Assembly: GCF_006345805.1 (NCBI RefSeq)
Contig: NC_042997.1
Location: 10,478,001-10,542,000, forward strand
Length of the DNA stretch: 64,000 nucleotides
From: Octopus sinensis
Taxonomy: Eukaryota
Direction of reading: 5' to 3'
Shown one piece after another: positions 28,455-44,000 of the stretch. The position numbers were made by a program, and so were the translations under genes. The notes under the pieces were generated by a model. That model did not search any database, was not told the DNA's origin, and saw only the letters and a program-made list of their open reading frames with translations. Each line of letters starts with the position of its first letter. Position 1 is the stretch's first letter.

Positions 28455-29580
28455 TGAAGTGGCAGAATCGTTAGAATGTTAGACACAATGCGTTTCGGTA
28501 GATCTTCCGGCCCAGTCTGTTCTCAGTTCAAATTCCACCGAGACCAACTTTACCTTTCTTATTTTTGATGGCGACAAGATAACGAACTAGTGAAGTACTG
28601 GGGTCCATAGTATCGACTAACCTGCTGTCCTTAAATTTGCTGGCTTTGTATCTAAATCAGAAATTGATATTCGTAGTAAATTAAGGCGGCGAGCTGGCAG
28701 AATCGTTAGCACACCGGACAAAGTGCTTAGGGATATTTCATCCCTCTTTACATTCTCAGTTCAAATTCATTTTTTCGAAGAGAATTTCTCAATTAGATTA
28801 TTAAAAACTGTTTCTGAAAAGCAACAGGGTCATTAAATAATGCAAAGCATATATGAAGTGAGGGTTGTGTATGCTGGGGCAGGAGATATGATAAGATGTG
28901 ACCTCCCCACATAACTGCCAGCATTTTGTAAGCATTTTTTTCCTAAGTTCATGCTAACAGTCAGTAATAATTTGGCTTGCTCTCAATATTTTAATAACAA
29001 TGATTGTGCCTAGTGAACTTATACGCGTTCATATTCCTATCGACACCTACAATCTCCCACCCGTAATACGACCACATTAGACAAAGGGCAGTATTTTATA
29101 GATTTTTAAAACAAAAAAAGTGCGTCTTATATGCCGACAAATAGGGTAATTATTATAAGCAGGTAGCGGAGTTGTAGATTCGGGTCGATAGATTAGGAGA
29201 AACGTTAGGATCGGACAAAATACTTAAAATTATTTGTTCCAATCCTTTATGTTTTGCCTTCAAATTCTGCTGGGGTCAACACTGCCTTTTAATTTTTTTT
29301 CGGCTCGTTTTTAGGGGAGGGAATAAGTCGATTACATCCACCCCATTACATGACTGATACTTATTTTATCGACCCGTAAGGATTAAAGGGAAATCAACCT
29401 TGGCAGAATTTGAACACAGAACGTAAAGACGGACGAAGTGCTGCAAAGCATTTTGCGGTAAAAAGAGCGATTTGGCAGCGTTGGTATTCATTTCAATCTC
29501 TTTATATTCTAAGTTCAAATTCAACCGTGATTGGTTTGCCGTTATTCTTACTGGCGTAGGTAAAGCTGGTACCGGTCATT
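28455..29580. mobile_element. Cluster of degraded family-M SINEs (28455-28665 +, 28684-28770 +, 29260-29455 -, 29460-29580 +)
   Basis: Head ggcggcgagctggcagaatcgttagcac and central-domain matches. Confidence 0.7.
29120..29148. mobile_element. pogo-type terminal inverted repeat-like end
   Basis: gtgcgtcttatatgccgacaaatagggta resembles pogo/Tigger right ends; no clean left TIR found. Confidence 0.4.
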
Positions 29581-29778
29581 TAATGAAAACACTGTTATCC
29601 GCAATATCATTTGATTACAGTTTGATATTTTGAGCTATATTCTAATAGTTTCTCGTTATTAGTAAAGCTTCGGCATATCACTAAGGTTGCTTAAATCAAC
29701 AAATCTTCCCCGTTGGAAATAATCATTATTGCTAAATAAGATAGAGCTTTAGAAATAGTACAGTATTACGTTATACAT

Positions 29779-30175
29779 AAGGCGGTGAACTGGCAGAATC
29801 ATTAGCACGCCGGGCGAAATGCTCAGCGGTATTTCGTCTGCCGCTACGTTCTGAGTTCAAATTCCGCCGAGGTTGACTTTGCCTTTCATCCTTTCGGGGT
29901 CGATAAATTAAGTACCAGTTACGCACTGGGGTTGATATAATCGACTTAATCCGTTTGTCTGTCCTCGTTTGTCTCCTCTGTGTTTATCCCCTTGTGGGTA
30001 GTAAAGAAACAGGTATTTCGTCTGCCGCTACGTTCTGAGTTCAAATTCCACCGAGGTTGACTTTGCCTTTCATCCTTTCGAGGTCGATAAATTAAGTACC
30101 AGTTGCGTACTGTTGTTGATCTAATCGACTGGTTCCCTCCCCAAAAATTACAGGCTTTGTGCTTAGAGTAGAAAT
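29779..30175 (+). mobile_element. Family-M SINE dimer (full copy + 5'-truncated copy)
   Basis: Second unit restarts at atttcgtctgccgctacg directly after gtaaagaaacaggt and has a different 3' tail. Confidence 0.88.
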
Positions 30176-31669
30176 GTATCACACTATGCGTGTTGAAATG
30201 CTTATTAGCTCAAATTCCTTTATATTTTAATTTCGTAACCCGAAGGGTTTGGATTTTTCTGTTCATCCATTCATCTATGGTACATTCCATACTTTAAAAT
30301 CATTAACCTTGCACCAAAGCTTAAAATTATTACTGCCACCGCCGATGCTGTGTTTTCGTTGTTGTTGTCGTTTTTTTTTGTTCGGCCGTTTCATATACAC
30401 CTACAATGAAAACTGTTCTAGTCTTTATGTATCAATTTCTCGGGATAAGGTATCTAAAACGGTATTATCCAACGTGTTTTCACTTCGTTAAGATGGTAGC
30501 GATGTGAAATAAATTAGACTTGGTTGCTATTTCTAGCAGGTCGAGTGACTGCATTGTTTTCCTCGTTTCCTCATACTTGTTGTGTCTGTGGTGGTTCCCG
30601 TTGGGTTCTTTGCTTTTTGGGTTTTTATTTGTCGGATTTATTTTTTACTTAAATTTATACTCCCACGTATTACAAAAATTACGCATACAAATGCACACGC
30701 ACTCAAACGCACACACAGAGTCACACACACATACACACATATGCACACATAGGCATGCACATAAAACAAAACAAACAAATATACATGTTTTAAAACGTAA
30801 TTTGATGACATTCTGTTGGAGGAGGAAGGTCAGTTTTTTGTCAATGTCATGAACGCAATATTTCATCTGACATTTAACGTAATTATTAATTTCTTCGTTT
30901 TATGAATAAGTCTTCAATTGTTGTTCTGTGGCTGACGTGCCCTTACCGAAAGTAATTTAACTTCGAAAATGTTATCAGAGACTTCCTTGATTCAATTTGA
31001 TAAATACTTCCAACTGATACACGGATGTAACTGAAAGCAGAAGCTACCCTAAATATCTAGGAATGTCAGCGTGATGAAGAAATGTTTTTGATATCTGCTC
31101 GTGATTAAACGACTTCAACACCCGCCTCTCGTCGTTTTAGATCTCATTTATCTGTAGAACGATGAGAAGATATTAATGTAACATTTCTTATTAATTTCAA
31201 ATCAAAAAATAGCGTCGAATTTATGTTGTATTTTAATTATACATGCATATATGTAAATGGATCTTTAGTTACTTTCGAATAGTATTTTCCATGTCTCATG
31301 AAAGGAATACCTACTAACTACATTACAGCGTATGTGGTAGTGTAAATGGCGACCCCTTTTAATTACTGGAGCATCATGTCACTTGAGCTTTGCAATAGTA
31401 ACCGCCTAGCAAATTTCGGTAAGTCATGGGTCGACCAAACACAAGTTTTCGTCCGGTGAAGCTCTGCCAGGGATTTGATTTCATGATTCAAAGCGAACTT
31501 TAAATCCATTCAAAAGCATGCATATTATACATCTTATATACATATGCATACATACATATATCCTTTCATAAACACGGTTAGTTGCATGCCAGGGTTTGAT
31601 ATCCTAAAAGGCACACACCTTTTGTTAGACTACTACTTTAGGATTAGGGCGATAATAACAATAATTATT

Positions 31670-31808
31670 TTCAATTTAGGCATAAGGTCAAGAATTTGTT
31701 GGAAGGGGCAAGTCGATTATATTGACTCCACTAATTGATTCGTACCTATTTTATTGACTCCTAAAGGATAAAAGGCGAAATTTCTCGCTGCAGGATTTGA
31801 ACTCAGCA
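31670..31808 (-). mobile_element. Degraded family-M SINE
   Basis: gtcgattat...aaaggataaaaggcgaa...gatttgaactcag. Confidence 0.65.
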
Positions 31809-31899
31809 TTTATTTATGCTGAATTTATGAGAATTCTGCAGATACCACATCCGGAAAATGAGTTAAGATAAAACTTATATATATGTATGTAAGCATAAA

Positions 31900-31984
31900 T
31901 GTATGCTTGTATGTATGTACGTGTGTATGTATGTATGTATGTATGTATGTATGTATGTATATATATATATATATATATGAGATA

Positions 31985-32018
<34 letters not shown>

Positions 32019-32065
32019 CATACAGAGAGATAGTCAAAACAGAGAGAGAGACATGGAATTCAATA

Positions 32066-32113
<48 letters not shown>

Positions 32114-32268
32114 CACTTAATTCGTTATTGTTAGTCTAGCAAAATATATTTCGTTTTGCCTTTAGCTTCTCGGAACTTTTGGTATCTTACTGACAAGAAA
32201 GTAACTTTCGAACGTGATATAGCTGGGAAAACAGCCGAGAAAGACTGGTTATTTACGCTTCATATATA

Positions 32269-32305
<37 letters not shown>

Positions 32306-32845
32306 CCATATATTTACATATATACATACACATATAGATATCAGCCTGTGATTCTTGAGACAGTTACATAACCCACCGACAATACTGAGAATCTAGACTT
32401 CAAAAAACCAGTGACAACAAGGCTAATTAAGATTAATAATTAATAATAGCTTTAATTACAAACTATTAAGGGAACTAAAAATATGTTAAATATCTTTGAT
32501 GTTTAGCCAACAATAGCTATATAGAGACTTTTCAGAGATACGAACATTTTTACGTACACATATAAATCAAAACAAATGTGCGCATGCAATGACATGCATG
32601 CATATATGCATACATGCGCGAAAATATACATACAAATGAACGAACGTGACATGACTAACGTTTGAATTCCAAATTAAAGAACATTGTTTTAGGATTAGAA
32701 ACATATTCTTTTTTCTATTGATGCGAAATTTCAAAAATACATCAATACATACATATATACATACTTACATATATACATACATACATACATACATACATAC
32801 ATACATACATACATACATACATACATACATACATACATACATACA
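31900..32845. repeat. TATG/TA/TACA microsatellites (31900-32110, 32265-32305, 32745-32845)
   Basis: Direct reading. Confidence 0.93.
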
Positions 32846-32881
32846 TAAAATAAAGAATCAAAGCCACCGCCCTGCATTTCC

Positions 32882-33090
32882 GCGCCATAGGCTCATAAGG
32901 CCAGTTTCTTGGATTTTGTGGCGTATATATTCTCCCCTGGACGAGACGCCGATTCGTCGCAGAATTACCTATTTTTGCCAGCTGAGTGGACTTGAGCAAC
33001 GTGAAATGAAGAACACAGTGCACCACCTGATTCAAGAATGGAAATTATAAACTTACAGTCATGAGTGCAACACTCTAACCACGAAGCCAC
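32882..33090 (-). mobile_element. SINE, head B + CORE-like + V-like body, diverged
   Basis: ctggacgagacgccgattcgtcgcag and tttgccagctgagtggacttgagcaacgtgaaatgaag. Confidence 0.8.
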
Positions 33091-33109
33091 AAGCAACAGC
33101 AAAATACCT

Positions 33110-33800
33110 GATGCACAAAAGAGACAGATACGTAGGGAAACATCAAAATATGACAATTGATGCTGCCTTTGTGGAGTTAACACCGAAGATATCACCCACA
33201 TCATGAGCAGTTGCTCATAAATGTCATCGCGCTAAAATCTACCAATGGTACATGATGTTGTAGCCCAGACACTGTATAAAGAGATCCGTCAGAATGATAA
33301 TCCTCAGGCCAAAATGATAAGGACCCACAGTAAGGTTGACGTCATAGCCGCTCATATGAAAGAGCACTGGTGGAACATCTCAGTGAAAACCTCAATAGAA
33401 AGTAAACACAAATATACCAGAAATGGTGATTTGGGACAGAGAAGAGAAACTATGTGCAGTAGTGGAAATGTATTGCCCAGCGGACATTAGCTTAAACCTG
33501 AAGATTAAAGAAAAAAAAGTACCTACGCTGAAATATTGAGATATTTACAGCTACTCAACCTGGGTTTTAAATTCAGATTTATATATGTAATTACCGGGGC
33601 ACTGGGATATGTAACGAACTGTCTAAGCACGAATCTTGAGAATTAGCCTTCTCAAAACCAGAAAGTTGAAGGCTAATTAGCAGATTACAGATTCAAACCA
33701 TCAATGGAATTGTCAAAATGTGTATGAAACTTTCCAAAACTTTAGCATTTAAATGTATATGCACATGTCTAGACATACAACTATATGCATGACAATACAT
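33110..33800 (+). mobile_element. R4/Dong-like LINE 3' fragment (CCHC + RLE), degenerate
   Basis: CCLCGVNTEDITHIMSSC, VHDVVAQTLY, EHWWNISVKTSI, MVIWDREEKLCAVVEMYCPAD across frameshifts; related to 8780-9830. Confidence 0.82.
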
Positions 33801-34287
33801 ACTTAAAACGAAACATATGGTTATCCGTCGTTTTCGACGATAAGGATTTACTTGATCGGATATTTTGTAGCTATCTGCTGTTCTTGTATAGCAAAAGCAT
33901 GGTCTTCAAGGTTATAAGTGACGTATTTGCCATACGTCCAGGATGACGTATTTGCTATACGTCCAGGAGAAGCTTAGACTGCGATTCCTATCAATGTTAC
34001 CAGCATTCCCTAGCTTGCAGGCTATGTTTTCATGCATAACTTTCTGCAGATATGATGAGTATTTCCTTTCCACTTCTTTTTTCAAGTAGATCAGTACAGA
34101 CCTCTTGCTTCACGTGGCGCAGCTGAAAATTCAGAGTAATATTTCAAGAGTTCTTCGACTATTTTCATTATGTTATTATCTACATTGTTGATTACACAGG
34201 TGAAGGTGCGTGGCTTGGTGGTTAGGGTATTCGTCTCACTCTTGTGAATCCAATTCTCGGCCGTGCGTTGTGTTCTTCAGCAAGATA

Positions 34288-35552
34288 TCAAGCTGAGTAA
34301 AAAGTAAGCAACGTTTTGCAGCATCCATCACAATATATTTCAACAATGCGGAAATTTTTATTCATCAAAGTAAGTATCATTACAATCAACACATTTTGCC
34401 AGCTAGTTACAAGTTTGTTTATTCTGGTAACACAAAAATCTGGAGTTCTGGAGCTGACGAACTCTTTGAGCGCTCTTTCAGCCTCGGTTTGATTTTTGAA
34501 CTCATCTCGCAAGAAACCATCAAGGTGATTGAAAAAGTGATAGTTAGTAGGAGAAAGGTCTGAGGAATAAGCTGGGTGGGGAAGAACTTTGTAGCCCAAG
34601 TTCCCTCAACTTCTAGAGCGTCATTAGGGAAACGTGTAGTCGGACTTTGTCACGAAGAATGATTGATCCTCTTCCGTTGATCAGTCTGAGACGGAGGATT
34701 ATCAGCTTTTCGTTCACTTTGGCAATTCCATGGCAATGTATATTTGCAATAATTGTTTTTCTGGGTTTTAAATTATAGTGGATGAGACTAACAGTACACC
34801 ACCAAACAGTCACAATAACCTTCTTTTTGAAGAGCTCGGATTTAGGGAAGGTTTTCGGTGCTTCATTTTGATCCAACCACTGCGGAGAACATTTTTTTTA
34901 TTATTGTACAGAATCCACTTTTCATCGCAAGTTACAATACGGTCGAGAAATGAATCCGTCTGGTTACTGAGAAGAAGCGACGAACAAATTTCATATCTGC
35001 GCATATTCTGATTTTCATTCATATCGTATGGTACCCATTTGTCGAGCTTTTTTGATTTTCCGATCGCGTGCAAATGGTTGCAAGTAGTTTTCTGACTAAC
35101 TTGAAGTTCTTTTGCTAGTTCTCGAGTGGTTTTGCATTAATCTTTCTCAATGGCAGTCTTTAATTGGCCGTCATCGACAGGAGATGGGCGTCCGCTATGC
35201 TCACGATCTTCAAGGCTCAGGTCACCACTGCGAAATCGTATAAACCATTTTCGAGAAGACCACTCACTGGACATTTCCTAACCAAACGTTTCGTTGATAT
35301 TGCTAGCAGTTCAGCTGCTTTAGGTCCATTTTTGAAGTTGAATAGCAAAATTGCTTGAATATCGCGCTATGACAATTCCATTTGAGATGATAGTAACAAC
35401 GCTGAAAAAAAATCAATGTTAATTTTTTTATGCATTTGGGCAAGTCTATGTGCGTATTATCAGACTATTTTTTTAAAATGTTTAAAACTCTTCAGAAATC
35501 CGGTACAAATTCTTCATGGTTCAAAACGTCGCTTGTTTTTTACTGAACCTGA
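34288..35552 (-). mobile_element. Full-length (1265 bp) dead mariner DNA transposon
   Basis: TA TSD; 30-bp TIRs, 24/30 identical (tcaagctgagtaaaaagtaagcaacgtttt vs tcaggttcagtaaaaaacaagcgacgtttt). Confidence 0.95.
34330..35381 (-). pseudogene. Mariner (Hsmar1/SETMAR-like) transposase pseudogene
   Basis: KWFIRFRSGDLSLED, KLDKWVPYDM (WVPHEL), IVTCDEKWILYNN, HPAYSSDLSPTNYHFF (YSPDL); stops and frameshifts. Confidence 0.93.
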
Positions 35553-35829
35553 TACTTTATTTCACGTTGTTCCAGTCCACTCAGCTGAGAAAAAATGAAT
35601 AGTATCTGTAATTCAAAGGGCCATCTTTGTCGCATTTGGTGTAATGCTGAATCTCCTTACGAATAATGTTATGGGTTCGTGTGTCTGTGGAGTGCTCAGC
35701 CACTTACACGTTAATTTTACGAGCTGTCTGTTCCGTTGATCGGATCAAGTGAAACACTCGTCGTCGTGACCGACGGGATGCCAATCCAGTTATTATACAT
35801 GTAGTCCCTCATTTCTCTCTTTACTGTTC

Positions 35830-36960
35830 ATAAGGAGTTGTCTATACACAATGCAACACCCAAAGGCCGTTTGAACTGATCTTATGGAATATAGTTTTTA
35901 CTGAATGCAAACAGCTCTAGTTTCCATGCTTTCCGAAGTCTGCTGAAGTATTTTTTTGCCACCCTAGCTTTATTCACAACGCAAATATATGCGATATTCT
36001 TTTCGATTCCAAACTACTTATAACGTTCATCAATATAGACAGGGGAGATAAACAGGCTATTGCCTGATCGACAATGTTTCCTCGTTTGACTTCCAGCTAT
36101 CAACAATTCTCTTGACCAAACTCTATTCCTCTGACCTGCAAGCATGTTGTAGCCAGTTCCAACTGCTACTATTGATCTCATGAATGGTTTCTTAAGATCA
36201 TCAAAAACAAGTTGCGGGTGAAATTAATTTTTATTTCAGATACAACTCCAATCATATAGCCTATATGGTGAGAGTGAGAGTTTTTTTTTTTTGTTTTTTT
36301 TTTACCTTTAACAGGGCTAACAAAGAATTAGCTGCCTGGATGAAAAGCCTTACAGATAAGCTGTCACCTTGAAATATTCTTGTTGACTGCTTAATTTTGT
36401 TAGTGATTGGTGTAGTACCTTCCATTCTTATCGCTAGCTCGATGGAGTTTCTTTCTGTTAGCCTCTTAATAGCTTTGACTTAAACAGTTTAAACCTTAGC
36501 AACGCGTAGTGATCCTATTATCCATGAGTAAGGAACAGAGGCAAACGGTCAGCAGATTTCGGCGGGACTGTTTCACTTCCCTAACATTAGCCCCAAAATC
36601 CTTTCTTTCGTCGTGTCTGCTCTCAGTCACCACATTGTGTTTCACTCTGATCCTGGAAGAATGCATTCAAGCAACTTTTGTATAGCATATACAACACATT
36701 CAAGTACGTAATGAAACCGTAGTTTTAGGCCTCATGTGAATGCCACCCAGTCTGGTACATCGATTCCAGCATATATTGCTCTTTTGAATATGTTTATGAG
36801 GTTAGTCCTGAAGAATATGTTTATTAGGCTAGTCCTTCCTATATCAATAACTGACTATCAGATCTCTTTATGATGATTTCCCGTTCTGGGGTTTTACGAC
36901 AGCCGTTAGGAAAGTTTCACTTTTGGTATTATAAGATTTGAGACAGACGTCTGCTCTGTA
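35830..36960 (-). pseudogene. Degenerate R4/Dong-like reverse transcriptase fragment
   Basis: NYGFITYLNVLY, RIFQGDSLSVRLF, a decayed xxDDLK box near 36200, and KARVAKKYFSRLRKAWKLEL. Confidence 0.7.
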
Positions 36961-38059
36961 TTCTCACCACGATTGATCTAACCACTTTATATCACGGTTC
37001 TATACGTACGTATGTATGTATCATGTCATGTGTAGTGTGTGTGTGTGTTTGGGCATATGTACGTGTGTGCGTATGTGTATGTGTTCTGGAATAGTGTATC
37101 AGTATTAGAAAATAAAGAACCCTTGCAAATGAGCCAAGTGACAATTGAGAGGACGCTTATTTAATATCGGTTAAATAGGAGTAAGATCGACCGTTTGACT
37201 GTATGGCTTTATTTGAACAATGTTACAACTTCCTTAACATACAAGTAACCTAATTCAGAGGAAAATATATCTATTACTTATTAAGCCGCTTTGCTTTGTC
37301 ATGCAAGTTTCCTTCCTCTGGTAAATATATTTCATGCTTCTGCACATCATATTTTCTAATATACTGAAAAGGAGTGTGATAATTTGTTATGCCTAAACGT
37401 AGTATTTTTTTATGTTTAGTTCACATCAATAAAGTTATTTATTTATTTATGCATTCATTTACTGAGAGTTTCACTTTGGCATTTAGCCAGTATTTCAAAA
37501 CTAATTGGATGAATGTTACTAAGAGTCGATAAACGTTTAAACGAGAAGTGTGCGTGTGTGTGTGTTCGTGCGTGTGCATGTGTGTGTGTGTGCGTGTTAC
37601 GGGCGAGATATATTCCTTCTATATTACGTTCAGATTTGAAAGAGTAGGGAATTATAACGTTCTAATAGTGTTCTTAAGATGCACAGTAAGTTCAGGATTT
37701 AACAATACAGCAATCAGTCGTAAAATGGTGTTCGTTTTGTAATTGTTAGATAACGAAATTTATATGATAATTGTGCTTCATTTTACAGTATTAAATTAGG
37801 GGAAAAAGTTGTGCTTTGTAACCTATTGAGGCTATATTATTGGATAGCTACAGAGGTAAGGAGAATTACAGAATGAGACCAAATTGGTGTTCTCTATAGT
37901 AATTTCCGGTGACTGCCACGTTAAAGAGTCCTGAAAGGGATTGCCAACGTTTTTCCCTTCCGTTAATGATACAGGGTGACATATGAAGAATGGTGTCCAC
38001 ATTTACTGAGAAACCATTCTTTTTACAAGGGAATACAAACATATAATATGCAGGCATAA

Positions 38060-40500
<2,441 letters not shown>

Positions 40501-40751
40501 TGAATCCATACACACAAACGCATTTTCTCTATGTCACTTAACGTATTGATTTCTGAGAAACAAAAATCGCATAAAAAAGGGGAATCTAAACCGAGAATAC
40601 GCTAGGATTTCCGCCGACTTCTTTGAAATAAACTGTTTTCTGTATAACATGTTCACCAGTACTCCTGCTGATTCTCAGTAGCCGAATGTAAATACGGAAT
40701 GGGCACGTCTAAATTACACAATCATATATACTGTTATATATATATAAGAAC

Positions 40752-41127
40752 GAGAAAAGGATGAAAATGGAGAAATTGACATGCAGACATCAGTGCATTC
40801 AAAGATATTCAAAACCATATGGAGAAAACTGCAGTCCTACAGCCGTGTTCATATTCAATTAGTTCAGTTACAGAAATTAAAGCGTCTGTCATATGTCAAC
40901 CAACACGCTGAGATGTAACTCGCTTTTGGAAAATTCTTCCCTGGTGAAATACCCAATTAACCAGTTTCAGTATGAAAACTTAAATTAAATTAATCTAATT
41001 CAATTTCTGTAATTTAACTAATTGGATATGGAAACGGCTGTAGGACTAAAATTTCACTATACGTATTTGAATATCTTTGAATAAACTGATGTCGGCATGT
41101 CAATTTCTCCATTTCCTTCCTTTTCTC
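40752..41127. repeat. Fold-back inverted repeat, ~127-bp arms, ~123-bp spacer
   Basis: 40752-40878 matches the reverse complement of 41002-41127. Confidence 0.88.
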
Positions 41128-41264
41128 ATTCATAAATATTTTAAATCCCAATGTATATCAATTCAAAACTAATATATTTTGTTTTCATTGAACACTGGTA
41201 TAAACCAGAGAACTAGGATGCTAGCACCCCTTAAAGGATTATAGGTCCTTGAAACAATTATATG

Positions 41265-41303
<39 letters not shown>

Positions 41304-43070
41304 TGTATGTATGTATATATGTATGTATGTATGAGATATATATATATATATATGTATGGGTGGGGAGGTGTGTTGCATGTGCAAATGTATATATATATTG
41401 GTCTCTGCACAATATAATTCTACATTATATAATTCTAAAGCAACAGATTGGCATGTTAGTAAATAAAGTACATGAGTGCCTGTATATACATACATAAATG
41501 AGAGAATCTCTGTATACAAATGTAATCCGTTACACGTCCTTGTTCGTTAAGCAAATTGATCGACATAAGATTTATTGAAACATATAAGCAGGAGATTTTT
41601 AAGCCTCGCGCTCAATCTCCATATAAAGGCATGAAGTGATGTATTATTTGTCCATCAAATACATGAATATATATATATATAGGTGAATGTGTCTGTGTGC
41701 GCACATGCCGACATTTTGCCTTATGTTTTTACCAAAAAAATGTGAGAAATATTTTCATATTCTATATAGAATATGAAAATTTGCAAGGTACATGAAATGC
41801 ACACAAGGGAGTTAACGAACCATTTGTAGACGCTGTCTCAGACACTTATGCGCATATATACGCATATGTAATCTGCTCGTGGTTAAACTTCAGCTCATTA
41901 TGCGACTATAAGTTTCGTCAGAAAAATAGTTCGTTATTCAATTTCTTTGTTTAGAGAATCGTTTGTATATGGATACCTCACTATGTGTACGTATGTGTGC
42001 GTATGTGCGCGCGCGCGTGTGTATTTTCGGCTTTGTGGGTGTGGGTGTGTCTGTGTACAGAAGGCGAGAGACCCAAGGAGAGAGACAGGTGTAAGAAATA
42101 TATCTATATGAAAAGTTGCATGTACGATTTACACGGTATAATCAAAGCTTATCTTTGCAGCTGTTTCGGATAATCGATGTTTAATATAACCAAGCATATT
42201 ATGCAGAGAAGTCTAATACTGAATCGATATTGCAAGTATGCATAAAAGCAAATGTAATGTATTTGCTAGCACGTATTTTGATAGCTACTTGCAGCAAAGT
42301 CGCGGTATCTTCATCAGAAAAACTAGGCAAAAGGCTTAGGGTAGCCAGTGTTTATAAATATGTATATTTTCTATGAATTGGATAGATAGCGAGACATAGG
42401 AAAGGATTTATAGTGATAGGTATAAAGGTAAATAGGGAGAAGAATGAGACAGGTAGTTAACTGAGAGGGATTCGGTTATTGTGCCGAAGCAATAGGTATA
42501 TAATTAAGAGTAAGAAAAAGGTACTATACAGAACATTTCAAAGGAACCTGAATGACTATAAAACTAAGAGTGCAAGAAATGGAGCTAGCCAGACCAGCTC
42601 CAAAAGAAAGTCATTAATCAATACAAACAGGGAATGGATATAAAAAGGATAAAGAGGCAATAATATATAAGGGCATGAAAATATGTATTGTAAAGTTTAT
42701 CAGCTAAGAATAAAAATCAGTTGTACGAATAAGGGGTGGGGGAGATGAGGCAGGGAATGTGACGGTGAATATGCTGAGGAAGAAAGAAAAATAGTGGGCG
42801 TGTGTAAAGGTAGAGAATCACCAGTTATTGATTATCCGAAACAGCTGTAAAGATTATAGTGTAAGATTGAATTGTATAAGAAACTTTTCGTATCAAGACA
42901 TTTCTTACGCCTGTTTGATGTCTTTCTACCCTCATTCTCCATCCATAATTATCGTCCTTGTAGCTGATACTTTACATCTGGACTATCTAAGCGTGAAGGA
43001 GATGCTGGAGTTTAAGATCCGAATTATTCTGCACTATTCTGTCGTGTGTGAACAGATAATTGAAAAACTT

Positions 43071-43284
43071 TTGAATCAACAAGAAAAAGTACGATTGACA
43101 TTTATTTCAATCACTACAATTGTTTCTACGCAACGCAGTTCTCCAGGCGTGCAGGTATTTGATCGTGCAATGCAGGAAAAGGGTTGCATAATCAAGTACC
43201 TGCACGCCTGGAGAACTACGTTGCGTAAAACAATTGCATTGATTGAAAAATAATGTCCGACCACACTCTTTCTTGTTGACTCCA
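43071..43284. repeat. Long hairpin / palindromic MITE-like element, ~100-bp arms, 13-nt loop
   Basis: Inner 44 bp have 4 mismatches; loop 43171-43183. Confidence 0.92.
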
Positions 43285-43406
43285 AATTCTTTCAATTACA
43301 TATATATATATATATATTATATATATATAGGGTAGCGAATATTCTTAGAAATGTCACCACCAGTGGCCTAGCATGTATAAAAAGTCAATAAACAACATAT
43401 TCTCAT

Positions 43407-43551
43407 TATAAAATAGTATACATTTAAACACAAGAGAAACTACCTTTAACATGTCATTTTTACACGCTAGAAGAAGCAGTCAAAACGACCAAAACCAAAT
43501 GACCTGTTAAAGGTCATTTTTCTCTTGTGTTTAAATGTACACTATTTTATA
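43407..43551. repeat. Inverted repeat, ~53-bp arms, between (TA)n tracts
   Basis: 43407-43459 vs 43497-43551. Confidence 0.88.
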
Positions 43552-43582
43552 CATATACATATATATATATAATATATATATA

Positions 43583-43614
<32 letters not shown>

Positions 43615-43760
43615 GATGCGTGGCTAGTGGTTAGTGTGTTGCATTGTTGGGGTATTGCACCGGGCGGCGCGCTGTGTCCTTGAGAAAACACTTCATTTCA
43701 TGTTGTTTTACTATCATTTTAACATCAGCCTTGCGGTTCGATTGCGCATCTGTACAGACA
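43615..43760 (+). mobile_element. Degraded head-B/CORE-like SINE fragment
   Basis: gcgtggctagtggttagtgtg...ctgtgtccttgagaaaacacttcatttca. Confidence 0.65.
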
Positions 43761-44000
43761 AGGTCATCTTTACAGATTTTCTACAGAAATTATAGCCAGC
43801 ACTGATTTTCTTATGTCGTTTCGTATCTAAGACGCCAGATGTAAACAAACAATGCGATCGAAGATAAGAAAATGGCTAACGGGCACATATGCCATTTTTC
43901 GGAAGTGTTTGCCCCTTCATCAGCACCCATCTAATCCATTAATCATCCACGAACTCGTTGCTTAAATACCCACTACATATAACTGGTACTTAAATATTAA

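Larger units (their letters stand above)
34201..35785 (+). mobile_element. SINE head B + CORE-like + body X, split by the mariner (34201-34287 and 35553-35785)
   Basis: cagcaagaTA [mariner] TActttatttcacgttgttccagtccactcagctg rejoins to the SINE consensus. Confidence 0.85.

Noticed and set aside
42828-43295. Overlapping ORFs on both strands
   Set aside because: By-product of the 43071-43284 palindrome.
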